A DNA stretch of 63,013 nt, counting the filler, from Candidatus Babelota bacterium (GTDB taxonomy: Bacteria; JAGOBX01), in the NCBI GenBank assembly GCA_017999075.1. It is 7 parts of 7 records of this genome, joined end to end, with 100 filler letters (N's around TTAATTAATTAA, not from the genome) between each part and the next. Parts side by side here need not be neighbours in the genome. Positions count along the whole stretch, not along the records: positions 9,115 to 18,115 come from JAGOBX010000117.1; positions 18,216 to 27,147 come from JAGOBX010000119.1; 5 more parts are not named here. One strand, 5' to 3'. Each line of letters starts with the position of its first letter. The stretch's first letter is position 1. The notes beneath the pieces are model-generated. The model was not told the DNA's origin and made no database searches. It worked only from the letters and a program-made list of their open reading frames with translations. Of this stretch, positions 10,014 to 19,532 are shown in pieces. The translations under genes were made by a program, and so were the position numbers.

Positions 10014-10571
10014 TTAAACTTCAAGAATATCTTTTTCTTTTTTTGAGTAAATATCATCAATTTCTTTTATGTTTTCGTCAGTAATATCTTGAACTATTTT
10101 CAAACTTTTTCTATAATCATCTTCTGTAATTTTACTTGATTTTTGAAATTCCTGCAATTTATTGTTTATATCCCTCCTGACATTTCTGACAGCAACCTTG
10201 CAATCTTCACATTTATTTTTTGCAAGTTTAACTATTTTTTTTCTGGTTTCTTCTGTCATTTGAGGAACATTAAGTCTTATTACATTTTTATCAGGCTGTG
10301 GAGTTATTCCTATATCAGATGCAAGAATTGATTTGCATATCGAATCTATCATATTCGCATCCCATGGTTTAACTAATATCATGCGTGGTTCAGGAATACT
10401 GATATTAGCTACCTGAGTAACGGGAGTTTTAGAACCATAATAATCTACAATTATTGATTCAAGCATTGCAGCATTGGCTCGGCCTGTACGCAATTGTGAT
10501 AAATCTTTCTTTAATACCGTAATCGTTTTAGACATACGGTTCTTACAATCTGAATATATTTCCTGAAGCAT
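10014..10571 (-). CDS. frr: Ribosome recycling factor
   Basis: LRTGRAN and VAVRNVRRD motifs; canonical rpsB-tsf-pyrH-frr order. Confidence 0.98.
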   Translation of the reverse strand: MLQEIYSDCKNRMSKTITVLKKDLSQLRTGRANAAMLESIIVDYYGSKTPVTQVANISIPEPRMILVKPWDANMIDSICKSILASDIGITPQPDKNVIRLNVPQMTEETRKKIVKLAKNKCEDCKVAVRNVRRDINNKLQEFQKSSKITEDDYRKSLKIVQDITDENIKEIDDIYSKKEKDILEV

Positions 10572-10620
10572 TTTCCGGCTCCTTTTCTTCTTTATACTAT
10601 ACTTGCTTATAAAAAAAAAT

Positions 10621-11343
10621 TTATAAAATTACTGTGCTCCCCACTTTTTTGCCGATTACAGCATTCTTGATGTTTCCTTTTTTATTCATATCTATAACAA
10701 GTATCGGCAGTTTATTGTCCATACTTAAAGAAACTGCTGTTAAATCCATTACTTGAAGTTTCCTTTTTAAAACTTCTGAATAAGTTATTTCATTAAATTT
10801 AACTGCATCCTTGTATTTTACTGGATCTTTGTCATAAATACCATCCACTTTAGTAGCTTTTACCATAACTCCCGCTCCTATTTCAAGAGCACGAAGCGCT
10901 GCCGTGGTATCTGTCGTAAAATAAGGATGGCCTGTTCCTCCGCCGAGTATCGCAACTTTTCCCGATTTTAAGGATTCTTTGACTTTTTTGGCTGACATTC
11001 GTTCTGCAATTTCATCCATATTCATTGATGAATATACTTCCGCAGGACAATTATTACGAAGTAAACATTCACATAATGCTACTGAGTTTATCATTGTTGC
11101 AAGTATTCCCATATGATCCGCAAGATTTCTATCCATTCCTTTTGAACTGCCGGCTAATCCTCTGAATATATTTCCTCCACCTATAACTACTGCAACTTGA
11201 ACTCCTAAAAATACAAGTTCTTTTATTTCTGCAGCAACATATTCCATCACTTCCGGAGATATACCATAATCCTGATCCCCTTGAAGAGCTTCACCGCTTA
11301 ATTTAAGCAATATACGGTTATATTTTAATTTGATTTTTTTCAC
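10621..11343 (-). CDS. pyrH: UMP kinase
   Basis: LLKLSGEAL, GGGNIFRG and PYFTTDTTAALRA motifs. Confidence 0.98.
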   Translation of the reverse strand: MKKIKLKYNRILLKLSGEALQGDQDYGISPEVMEYVAAEIKELVFLGVQVAVVIGGGNIFRGLAGSSKGMDRNLADHMGILATMINSVALCECLLRNNCPAEVYSSMNMDEIAERMSAKKVKESLKSGKVAILGGGTGHPYFTTDTTAALRALEIGAGVMVKATKVDGIYDKDPVKYKDAVKFNEITYSEVLKRKLQVMDLTAVSLSMDNKLPILVIDMNKKGNIKNAVIGKKVGSTVIL

Positions 11344-11399
11344 AGATTCCCTCCTTTTAAAACTTATAAGGCTATATTGGTTATTAAAAATTTCAAATT

Positions 11400-12329
11400 T
11401 TATTTTGCCTGATTTAACTGGGCTTCTACTTCTGCGGCAAAATCAACTTTTTTCTTTTCAATGCCTTCTCCAACTTTATACCTTACAAAACCTGTTACTG
11501 TAATTTTTACTCCAGCAGATTTTTCAACTCCGGCAATAACATTCTTAACTTTTAAAGTTGTATCTTTAATAAATAACTGATCTACCAGACATACCAGTTC
11601 ATAATATTTAACCAGTTTCCCTTCTACTATTTTAGCAATTATATTTTCTGGTTTTCCTTCGTTCTTCATCTGCTGTGCATATATCTCACGCTCATTATTC
11701 AGTTCTTCTTTTGTCACTTCAGAAGATGTTACATACTTTGGTTCAGCAGCAGCTATCTGCATACTCAAATCTTTTATAAGTTCCTGAATTTCAGGAGCAT
11801 TTTTCTTAGACGCATCGCTAACTTTTAATTTAACTATAACGCCTATTTTTCCATTGCCATGGATATATTTTGTAATACATTCATCAGGTTCAGCATTAAT
11901 TATGTCAAATCTTCTTATTTTAATATTTTCTCCAATTTTTGCAATAAAATTTGACAGTTCTTCATTTACAGTAGAATTCCCGAATTTCTGAGTTTTTAAA
12001 ACTTCAAGATCAGCTGGTTTATTTTCAAAAATATGTTCAGTAATCTTTTCTGCAAATTCAAGAAAACCATCGTTTCGGGAAACAAAATCCGTTTCCGAAT
12101 TAATTTCAGCAATTACCGCAAGTTTATCAGTTAATTTTACTTTAACTATCCCTTCAGCAGCTGTTTTTGAAAGCCTGTTTGCCGCTGCTGCAAGACCTTT
12201 TTCACGAAGAACTTTAACTGCTGCATCCATATTACCATCCGCTTCAGTTAAAGCTTTTTTACAATCAAGCATTCCTGCGCCTGTTTTTTCTCTAAGTTCC
12301 TGAACCATTTTAGCTGTAATTGCAGCCAT
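11400..12329 (-). CDS. tsf: Elongation factor Ts
   Basis: LREKTGAGMLDCKKAL and EINSETDFV motifs. Confidence 0.98.
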   Translation of the reverse strand: MAAITAKMVQELREKTGAGMLDCKKALTEADGNMDAAVKVLREKGLAAAANRLSKTAAEGIVKVKLTDKLAVIAEINSETDFVSRNDGFLEFAEKITEHIFENKPADLEVLKTQKFGNSTVNEELSNFIAKIGENIKIRRFDIINAEPDECITKYIHGNGKIGVIVKLKVSDASKKNAPEIQELIKDLSMQIAAAEPKYVTSSEVTKEELNNEREIYAQQMKNEGKPENIIAKIVEGKLVKYYELVCLVDQLFIKDTTLKVKNVIAGVEKSAGVKITVTGFVRYKVGEGIEKKKVDFAAEVEAQLNQAK

Positions 12330-12423
12330 AACTCCACACCATCCTCACCTTAATAATTATTTTTTTTGACGCATATATTTTTTATCTTATGTGCCAAAAA
12401 TATCTTAGTTTTTTTGATAAAAA

Positions 12424-13299
12424 TTAAAAACCTTTCTTTTTCGAAGGAATTTTATTGAATGCGACAGAAGATTCATCCTCAACAATTCCAACTTCATCTA
12501 TTATAGTTTCTTCTTCCATTGTTTCAATTTCTCCCTCTTCTGCTTCATCATTTGCAGCTTCGGCAGCGGATTCTGTATCCTGTTCTTTTAATTTTTCTTC
12601 CATTTTCTTTTCCCACTGGCTTCTGCCGTCTATTACAGCTGCAGCTATCGTAGAACAGAATAATTGTATCGCTCTTATTGCATCATCATTTCCTGGAATG
12701 CCGTAATCAACTATATCCGGATCTGCATTAGTGTCAAGTACAGCTACTACAGGTATATTCATTTTTCTGGCTTCAAATATTCCTATCTCGTCTTTTTTTA
12801 CATCTATAACAAAAATAGCATCAGGTAATTTTTTTAATTGTTTGATTCCGCCTAATAACTTTTCCTTTTTATCCCGTTCTTTTATTAAAGTATTTCTTTC
12901 CTTCGTCGGAAGCTTTTTTATCAGACCTGATTCGATCATTTGATTAATCTTATATAATCTGTCTATACTTCTTGATACAGTTGAAAAATTTGTAAGAGTG
13001 CCTCCAAGCCATCTCTGGTTTATATAAGGCATCCCGCAGCGTTCAGCTTCCTGTTTAATAGTTTCCTGAGCCTGTTTTTTGGTCCCCAAAAATAAAATAG
13101 TTCCGCCTTCTGCGCAAAGATTGGTAACATATTCTATTGCTCTCTGAAAATATCTTATAGTCAATTGCAAATCAAGAATATGTATGTTTTTCCGTTTTGT
13201 AAATATAAACGGCTTCATCTTCGGATTCCATCTTTTAGACTGATGTCCGAAATGAACTCCCGCTTCAAGCAATTGCTTCATCTGTACTTGTACTACCAC
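12424..13299 (-). CDS. rpsB: 30S ribosomal protein S2
   Basis: [20 protein letters not shown] and [10 protein letters not shown] motifs; acidic C-terminal tail. Confidence 0.99.
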   Translation of the reverse strand: MVVQVQMKQLLEAGVHFGHQSKRWNPKMKPFIFTKRKNIHILDLQLTIRYFQRAIEYVTNLCAEGGTILFLGTKKQAQETIKQEAERCGMPYINQRWLGGTLTNFSTVSRSIDRLYKINQMIESGLIKKLPTKERNTLIKERDKKEKLLGGIKQLKKLPDAIFVIDVKKDEIGIFEARKMNIPVVAVLDTNADPDIVDYGIPGNDDAIRAIQLFCSTIAAAVIDGRSQWEKKMEEKLKEQDTESAAEAANDEAEEGEIETMEEETIIDEVGIVEDESSVAFNKIPSKKKGF

Positions 13300-13319
13300 T
13301 TTAATTTCCTCCTAAAAAT

Positions 13320-13405
13320 GTTTTTACCTCCATCTTAATCATTTTTTTATAAGCAGTGATTTAAAACAAATCAAAGAACCTTATAAAAATCATAAGATGT
13401 GCGTA
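13320..13405 (-). promoter_or_regulatory. Putative rpsB 5' leader (S2 autoregulatory stem)
   Basis: On the minus strand, ACGCACATCTTA ... TAAGATGGAGG forms a stem (13393-13399 with 13331-13337). This resembles the CAC...GGAGG-flanked stem of rpsB leaders. Confidence 0.45.
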
Positions 13406-13443
13406 TTGATTGCGCTGATAAAAATTTTATCGCACAATTATAT

Positions 13444-14037
13444 TTATATTTTATTTGAATTATTTTTTTTGTCAAGCTTTTTATATTTATTTTTTATTAA
13501 ATCACGCAGAATTATCGCTTTTTCATATTGTTCAGAATTTACCGCAATTTCAAGTTCATCCTGAATCTTTTTTATTTCATCATAAATCTCATTTTCTATT
13601 TCTTTTTTAACAGGCCGTTTTCCTATATGCCTGGAAGAATTATGTATTTGTTTTAACAAAACAGTCAGTTCTTCTTTAAAAAATTTATAGCAATCAGAAC
13701 ATCCTAACTTTCCTCTTTTTCTAAATTCAATATAAGTCAATCCGCAAGTATCGCATTTCAAAAATTCATTTTTAAATATATTGGATGAATTAAGTTTATT
13801 TTTTTTCATTCCGTTAGATTGGACTGAAGGCGGAACCGAATCCTGAGTATTATTATTTGTTAACGATTGATCAAACTTTTCAAATTTCTGCATTTCTCCC
13901 AATAAATCCTGCGTAGGGTCATAAAAATTTTTTTTCTTTGCGCATTCATGGCATAAATGGATTTCATTAAAAACATTATTTATACTCTCTTTGTAATGAA
14001 AACTCGCTTCATTTTTTTTACAATCATCGCAAAGCAT
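13444..14037 (-). CDS. mcsA: McsA-family protein-arginine kinase activator (4 CxxC + UVR domain)
   Basis: MLCDDC, LCHEC, CDTCG and GKLGCSDCY motifs, HIGKRP, and C-terminal EQYEKAIILRD. Confidence 0.9.
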   Translation of the reverse strand: MLCDDCKKNEASFHYKESINNVFNEIHLCHECAKKKNFYDPTQDLLGEMQKFEKFDQSLTNNNTQDSVPPSVQSNGMKKNKLNSSNIFKNEFLKCDTCGLTYIEFRKRGKLGCSDCYKFFKEELTVLLKQIHNSSRHIGKRPVKKEIENEIYDEIKKIQDELEIAVNSEQYEKAIILRDLIKNKYKKLDKKNNSNKI

Positions 14038-14297
14038 CAGTTTATTTCCTTTCCTTTATTTTTTTCCTTATTGCCGCTAATTAAATCATTACCATTCAAA
14101 ATATAATAAAAAACTGCGCTGAATAACAAAATACCTATCCCGAAAAAAAATAAAGTTTGAAAAAATGAAGAAAATACTTTATCCCCGCCTGTTATTTCTT
14201 CAAACATATCTAAAGGATTTCCATACCTATATAAATATACAATTATAAAAAACAGCGATATCCCGATTATTGAATTTATATAATTACTTTTTTTCAT
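14037..14297 (-). CDS. Small 2-TM membrane protein, hypothetical
   Basis: Two hydrophobic segments; its stop overlaps the mcsA start. Confidence 0.7.
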   Translation of the reverse strand: MKKSNYINSIIGISLFFIIVYLYRYGNPLDMFEEITGGDKVFSSFFQTLFFFGIGILLFSAVFYYILNGNDLISGNKEKNKGKEIN

Positions 14298-14359
14298 TTC
14301 ACCAATTCAAACACAGTTCATACTTAAAAAAATATATTTTTTTAATGATATTTACAAAA

Positions 14360-15493
14360 TTAAAATCTGGGATCATATATAACTTCAGGCGATTTATTGT
14401 CAATCTCTTTCATTCTTATATCAGCCATAAGGCTAATAGAAGATTTTTTCTCAGGATCTTTATCCATAACATACTTAAATTGTTCCCTGGCTTTATCCTT
14501 CATTTTTTTTCTTAAATAAGCAATTCCTAAATTATACCTGTTCTGCATATCGTCTTTATTTACTTCCACAGCTTTTAAAAATTTGTTGAATATTTCATCA
14601 GCAAGCTTTGAATCAGGCGCTATCTTAAAAATCATGCAATACCGCTCGCCTGCAAGTTCAGGCTCTTTCATTAGTTCATATATATGGCCTAAATGATTAT
14701 ATGCTTCTATATTTCTGTTGTCGATGCTTATAGCATTCTGAAATAATTCCAGCGAAGCATCAAATGCAGCGCCTCTATTCCATAATCCTCTCAATCGCAT
14801 CGTTTGATTTTCAAATTCAAAATAATATGTTTTAATCTCTATAATGTTTTTTTGCATTTTACTTTTATACTTCTTGGCATTTTGCGATTTTATTATTTTT
14901 TCGTTTATTCTGATAATATTTTCGATCTTCTCTGACAGTTCTGTTCCTGCTCGTTCATATCTGTTTATAAACGAATCGAGATTTAATCCTTTAAAATATT
15001 TTCCGCGTTCAGTAATAACCTTCACAACTTCAGGAATTAATAATTTAGTGTCTTTCAGCATAACCACCAAACTGTCAGGAATATAATCCATTTTGATAAT
15101 TTCAAATATGTTTGCCAAATCTCTTCCTATGTTTGCACTTAACTGATTTATTTTCTGATATCCTTCTGTTTCCTGATAAATAACCAGAGCTCCTGTGTCT
15201 TCTTTATCAAGATATTCTGCTATTTTTAAAAACGCTTCCCCATCCACTATTTTTTTGTCTGCATAATATTTTACTGTTTTTTCGTAACCGTAATACAGCA
15301 ACGAAAAAATACCAAACAAAATAGCTGCTATAATCAAATGAGTTTTTAAAGATAAATGCAGTGGGTGATAATTTTTTATTGATTCAATTTCTTCCGCCGT
15401 GTATTCAACAGTATTATCAGATTTTACTCGTTCGTCACTCTGATTCCCATTAATATCAGTTGAAGATTGCATAATTTTTCTTTTTTTTGCCAT
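14360..15493 (-). CDS. Membrane-anchored tetratricopeptide-repeat protein
   Basis: One TM helix near residue 55-70; C-terminal TPRs (EAYNHLGHIY, RYNLGIAY). Confidence 0.8.
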   Translation of the reverse strand: MAKKRKIMQSSTDINGNQSDERVKSDNTVEYTAEEIESIKNYHPLHLSLKTHLIIAAILFGIFSLLYYGYEKTVKYYADKKIVDGEAFLKIAEYLDKEDTGALVIYQETEGYQKINQLSANIGRDLANIFEIIKMDYIPDSLVVMLKDTKLLIPEVVKVITERGKYFKGLNLDSFINRYERAGTELSEKIENIIRINEKIIKSQNAKKYKSKMQKNIIEIKTYYFEFENQTMRLRGLWNRGAAFDASLELFQNAISIDNRNIEAYNHLGHIYELMKEPELAGERYCMIFKIAPDSKLADEIFNKFLKAVEVNKDDMQNRYNLGIAYLRKKMKDKAREQFKYVMDKDPEKKSSISLMADIRMKEIDNKSPEVIYDPRF

Positions 15494-15580
15494 ATTTTTT
15501 TCTCCAATTCATTTTTTTTACATAAATATAAATATTCTTTAATCCCAAATTAACGTATCATATAATAACAGAAATAAAAA

Positions 15581-16504
15581 TCAACTATATTCCAACATAT
15601 TTGTTAAACATTTTTTTGATTTTTCCGATATTTTCAGGTCAAGCGCAATTTCATATTTTTCATATTTCAAACAATTATATACATCTGTCAATTCTGTAAG
15701 TTTCATTGTTTTGCATTCAAGAGATGATTCTACCGGATAATATTTTTTCTCTGGTATTTCCTTAACTAATCTATGAATAATTCCGGGTTCAGTCGCAATT
15801 ATAAATTCTAACGATTCAGATTGTTTGATATAATTAATCATTCCTTCAGTGGATAACACAGCGTCAGCCGCCTCTATAGTTTCTAAAGGACACTCAGGAT
15901 GAGCTATAACTTCCGCATTAGGATATTTTAATTTTGTGGATTTTATTTTATCAATTGTTATCTGATTATGCACATAACAGTATCCGTCAAATAATATCAG
16001 TTTTTTCCCTGTTTTTTTTTCACAATATGCTCCAAGATTCTTGTCAGGAATAAATATTATATGTTCATTTTTAATATTTTCAATAATTTTAACGGCATTT
16101 CCTGAAGCACAGCATATATCTGATAATGCTTTAACTTCGGCATTAGTATTAACATAAGCCACGACTATAGCTTTTGGAAATCTATTTTTTAATTTTTCCA
16201 GTTCAGCAGCGCTTATCATATTTGCCATAGGACAACCAGCGTCAAATCTCGGTATCAATACTTTTTTATCCGGAGATAATATTTTTGCGGTTTCCGCCAT
16301 AAAAGTAACTCCGCAGAACACTATCATATCGGAGTCTGTATCTGCAGCTTTCCTGGATAAAAATAATGAATCTCCTACAAAATCAGCAATTTCCTGAATT
16401 TCTTTTCTTTGATAGTTGTGCGCCAGAATCACAGCATTTTTTTCATCTGCAACACGCCTTATTGATTTTTGAAGAGTTTCAAAAGTTTCATTTACATTAT
16501 TCAT
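15581..16504 (-). CDS. nadA: Quinolinate synthase
   Basis: ILAHNYQ, GDSL, FCGVTFMAE, AGCPMA, YVNT, CYVH and AHPEC motifs. Confidence 0.97.
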   Translation of the reverse strand: MNNVNETFETLQKSIRRVADEKNAVILAHNYQRKEIQEIADFVGDSLFLSRKAADTDSDMIVFCGVTFMAETAKILSPDKKVLIPRFDAGCPMANMISAAELEKLKNRFPKAIVVAYVNTNAEVKALSDICCASGNAVKIIENIKNEHIIFIPDKNLGAYCEKKTGKKLILFDGYCYVHNQITIDKIKSTKLKYPNAEVIAHPECPLETIEAADAVLSTEGMINYIKQSESLEFIIATEPGIIHRLVKEIPEKKYYPVESSLECKTMKLTELTDVYNCLKYEKYEIALDLKISEKSKKCLTNMLEYS

Positions 16505-16708
16505 TTTCGAATTATAATTTTTCTGTATTCTGGAAATGATCCCAAAAATATTTTATATTTTTTTCAAAAATTATTTATCGCTTATAAATATATAATTTTT
16601 GTAAAAAACGCCAAAATATCCATTTGGAAATATTGCCATTCCATTCTATTTTTTAAAGTGTACGATTTTATTTAAACATTTTAAAATGTCAATTTTTTTT
16701 TAATTTTC

Positions 16709-16746
16709 AAAAAAAAAGCCGCTGGTGTCATTTCGACAGCAGCGGC
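16709..16746 (-). terminator. Rho-independent terminator of the HU gene
   Basis: GCCGCTG...CAGCGGC stem followed by a U run on the minus strand, ~50 nt after the HU stop. Confidence 0.85.
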
Positions 16747-16798
16747 CCAGCCGTTTATGCTAATATGCTAAATAACTTTTTATGGTTAAAATTCCCGC

Positions 16799-17146
16799 TT
16801 ATTTGGATAATTTGGCTTTTTTGCAGCTTTCTTTGAAAGCTTTGTTAAAAGAAACTTTAGGAACTTTTGTTGCAGGTTTTGCAGCAATAGTAATTTCCTG
16901 TCCTGTCAAAGGATTACGACCTTTTCTTTTTGGAGACGCAGGTCTAACTTTAACAAATATTTTTCCAAAATTACCAACCGGAACTCTTGCGCCGCTTAAT
17001 ACGCCGGCGTTAACAACTTCCAAATAATCTTCGATAACAGATTTAGCTTTAGCTTTAGGTATTTCACCTTTAGAAGCTACATACGCTACCATTGAATTGA
17101 AAGTGAACTTTTCCGGTAACTTAACTTTTGCTACTGCCTTTGCCAT
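16799..17146 (-). CDS. hup: HU-family DNA-binding protein
   Basis: GNFGKI...RKGRNPLTGQEITIAAK motif; basic protein; AGGAGG RBS. Confidence 0.92.
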   Translation of the reverse strand: MAKAVAKVKLPEKFTFNSMVAYVASKGEIPKAKAKSVIEDYLEVVNAGVLSGARVPVGNFGKIFVKVRPASPKRKGRNPLTGQEITIAAKPATKVPKVSFNKAFKESCKKAKLSK

Positions 17147-17392
17147 AAAAAAATCCTCCTAACCAAATAATTTACAGGAACAAAAAATCCCTGTTTTTAA
17201 AGGAATTATATATGTTTTAATAAAAAAAGCAAATATTTTTTTTATTATTTTATTATTTTTTCCTGTATTTTACAGGGTTTGGAAAATACGGCATCACTAA
17301 AACCCAATCAAAAACGCTTATTTTTTGGTACAATATGAATTACAAATCAGACACAGCTAAATCTTAATCTCAAAAAAATAAAAAAAAATATA

Positions 17393-17420
17393 TTGACAAA
17401 AAATAAAATAAATATAAAAT
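17393..17420 (+). promoter_or_regulatory. sigma70-type promoter of the repeat lipoprotein
   Basis: TTGACA-N16-TAAAAT with an upstream A-tract; AGAGGAGG RBS at 17451-17458. Confidence 0.6.
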
Positions 17421-17466
17421 TACTTCAGAATTATTTTTTATTCCGAAAAAAGAGGAGGGATATTAA

Positions 17467-17712
17467 ATGTTGAAAAAAATAATTGCTTTAGGATTAATTG
17501 CAATTTTAGCTGTCAGCTTTGCTCTTGTAGGTTGTTCAAAACAAGAAGAAGCAGCTCCTGCTGCTGATCAAGCTGCTCCGGCTGCTGATGCTCCGGCTGC
17601 TCCGGCTGCTGATGCTCCAGCTGCTCCGGCTGCTGACGCTCCGGCTGCTCCTGCTGCTGATGCTCCAGCTGCTCCGGCTGCTGATGCTCCGGCTGCTGCT
17701 CCGGCAAAATAA
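17467..17712 (+). CDS. Small Ala/Pro-rich repeat lipoprotein
   Basis: Signal peptide with lipobox LVGC; mature part is CSKQEE + AAPAADQA + 5x APAADAPA + AAPAK; strong RBS. Confidence 0.9.
   Translation: MLKKIIALGLIAILAVSFALVGCSKQEEAAPAADQAAPAADAPAAPAADAPAAPAADAPAAPAADAPAAPAADAPAAAPAK
17551..17706 (+). repeat. 24-nt coding tandem repeat (APAADAPA)
   Basis: gctccggctgctgatgctccggct-type units with synonymous variation. Confidence 0.9.
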
Positions 17713-17872
17713 TGTAATACATTATTATTTGCAATTAGTGAAAAACTGCCGCAGTTTGATTAACAATAATATTGATTTCAAACTTCGGTATGTTTTTCGA
17801 GCTATAAATTTTGAACTGACCGTAATGATATATTTTATTATATAAAAATATTTCGTTACGGTCATTATTATT

Positions 17873-18115
17873 ATGAATTCCTTATTATTAATAACTCCGC
17901 CTTTTGTAAATCCTAATTGTCCGTATCCTGCCACGTATTTATTGGCTGGTTATTTAAAAAATTCATTCGATAATCTGAACATACTTCAAAAAGATTTATC
18001 AGTTGAGCTATTAAATAGAATATTTTCTTCTAAAACATTAAAAAAAATATTTAATTTATCAAAAAAAAATATTATAAATATTCATTCAGATGAAAGATTG
18101 TCTAAAATAAAAAAA
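17873..18115 (+). CDS. B12-binding radical SAM protein, N-terminal fragment
   Basis: LLITPPFVNPNCPYPATYLLAGYL...QKDLSVEL is a typical N-terminus of this family; truncated by the contig end. Confidence 0.65.
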
Positions 18116-18215
18116 NNNNNNNNNNNNNNNNNNNNNNNNNNNNNNNNNNNNNNNNNNNNTTAATTAATTAANNNNNNNNNNNNNNNNNNNNNNNNNNNNN
18201 NNNNNNNNNNNNNNN
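18116..18215. other. Artificial contig linker
   Basis: N44-TTAATTAATTAA-N44. Confidence 0.99.
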
Positions 18216-18878
18216 AAAAGATTATCTCTTGAAAGTTTATTTTCTGAAATAAGCAAGAAAGATATTAATACTTTTAATATAATTTTGAAAGCGGATGGAA
18301 GAGGTTAAGGGGAAGCGATACATTCTTCTTTGAAGGAAATAGGAAATGAAAAACTTAAAGTCAATATAATACAGGAAGGCGTAGGAGCTATTACGGAATC
18401 AGACGTTACATTGGCCAGCGCTTCTGATGCAATAATTATAGGATTTAAAGTAAGACCTGAATCTATTGCAAGTTCTCTTGCCAAAAAAGAAAATATAGAA
18501 ATAAGGCTATATGATATTATATATAACCTTCTTGACGATGTTAAAGCAGCTATGACAGGAATGCTTGAATCTGTAATTGAAGAAACTGTTACAGGAAAAG
18601 CTCTGGTAAAAGAAGTTTTTAAAATTTCAAAATTAGGGAAAATTGCCGGAAGCGTAGTAATTGAAGGAAAAATATTATTCCCGTCTTATGCGAAACTTAT
18701 AAGAGATAATATTATGTTATACAATAGTAAATTATTCTCATTGAAACATTATAAAACCGAGGTTCGTGAAGTTGTTTCCGGAAAAGATTGCGGAATAGGC
18801 CTTGAAAATTATGAAGATATCAAAGAAGGCGATATAATCGAATGTTATATAAAAACCGAAAAAAAACAGGTTCTATAA
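18216..18878 (+). CDS. infB: Translation initiation factor IF-2, C-terminal fragment
   Basis: LSLESLF...IILKAD, GVGAITESDVTLASAS and DCGIG motifs. An in-frame TAA at 18306 near the contig end is probably a base-call error. Confidence 0.95.
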
Positions 18879-18909
18879 TATAATATTAAATCCGGTATTA
18901 CTTGGTTAA

Positions 18910-19470
18910 ATGTTCATAAATGTTATAACAAAAATATCAACTTTTTATTACAGATTATTTTATAAAATTATTTCGTTGTTTTGTAAAATAACATTTGTGA
19001 TATCTGATTCTCATTCAGCTATAAATCCTGCCATACTTGATAGAATAAAAAATATTAATAATAGTGTTGTGATACATTGCGGTGATTGGTCTGCGCCTGA
19101 AGACTATTATGAAATGAAAAAATTATGTGAAAAATTATATACGGTTCATGGAAATACTGAAACGTATGAGATGGAAAAGATTTTACCAAATGAATTAGAC
19201 ACGGAAATCAATGGAATTAAAATTCATGTGATTCATGAGCTTGACAGTTATAAAAAATATCTTGGATTATCCGGAGGAAGAGAGTATATAGTTTTACACG
19301 GACATACTCATCAACCTTCAAAAAAAAAAAATAAGTCAGTTTATTTTTTTAATCCAGGTTCATGCGGGCCAAAACGATTTTCGAATGTTCCAGCTTCATA
19401 CGGTGTTATTTATTTTTTTAAAAAATATTTCATATTTTCGGTGCACAAAATATGGTTTTATTACGAATAA
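18910..19470 (+). CDS. YfcE/MJ0936-type metallophosphoesterase
   Basis: SDSH, HCGD, HGN, GHTH and NPGS motifs. Confidence 0.9.
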   Translation: MFINVITKISTFYYRLFYKIISLFCKITFVISDSHSAINPAILDRIKNINNSVVIHCGDWSAPEDYYEMKKLCEKLYTVHGNTETYEMEKILPNELDTEINGIKIHVIHELDSYKKYLGLSGGREYIVLHGHTHQPSKKKNKSVYFFNPGSCGPKRFSNVPASYGVIYFFKKYFIFSVHKIWFYYE

Positions 19471-19532
19471 TAAAAAAAGGCTGTCAATTTTTTATTAAAA
19501 ATTAAAATGAAAACATTGAATTATTAAATATT

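Noticed and set aside
17262-17276. CCTGTATTTTACAGG as a LexA/SOS box
   Set aside because: The spacing is CTGT-N5-ACAG, not N8.
17513-17845. Repetitive ORFs 17513-17734 (-) and 17588-17845 (+)
   Set aside because: They are alternative frames of the lipoprotein repeat. Only the 17467 frame has an RBS, a signal peptide and synonymous-site variation.
18291-18311. In-frame TAA in infB (ADGRG*GEAI) as pseudogene or stop-codon recoding
   Set aside because: The expected ADVRGSVEAI differs by three single-base changes clustered within ~100 nt of a contig end in an essential gene, so low-quality consensus is most likely. TAA and TGA act as normal stops elsewhere. Read mapping would settle it.
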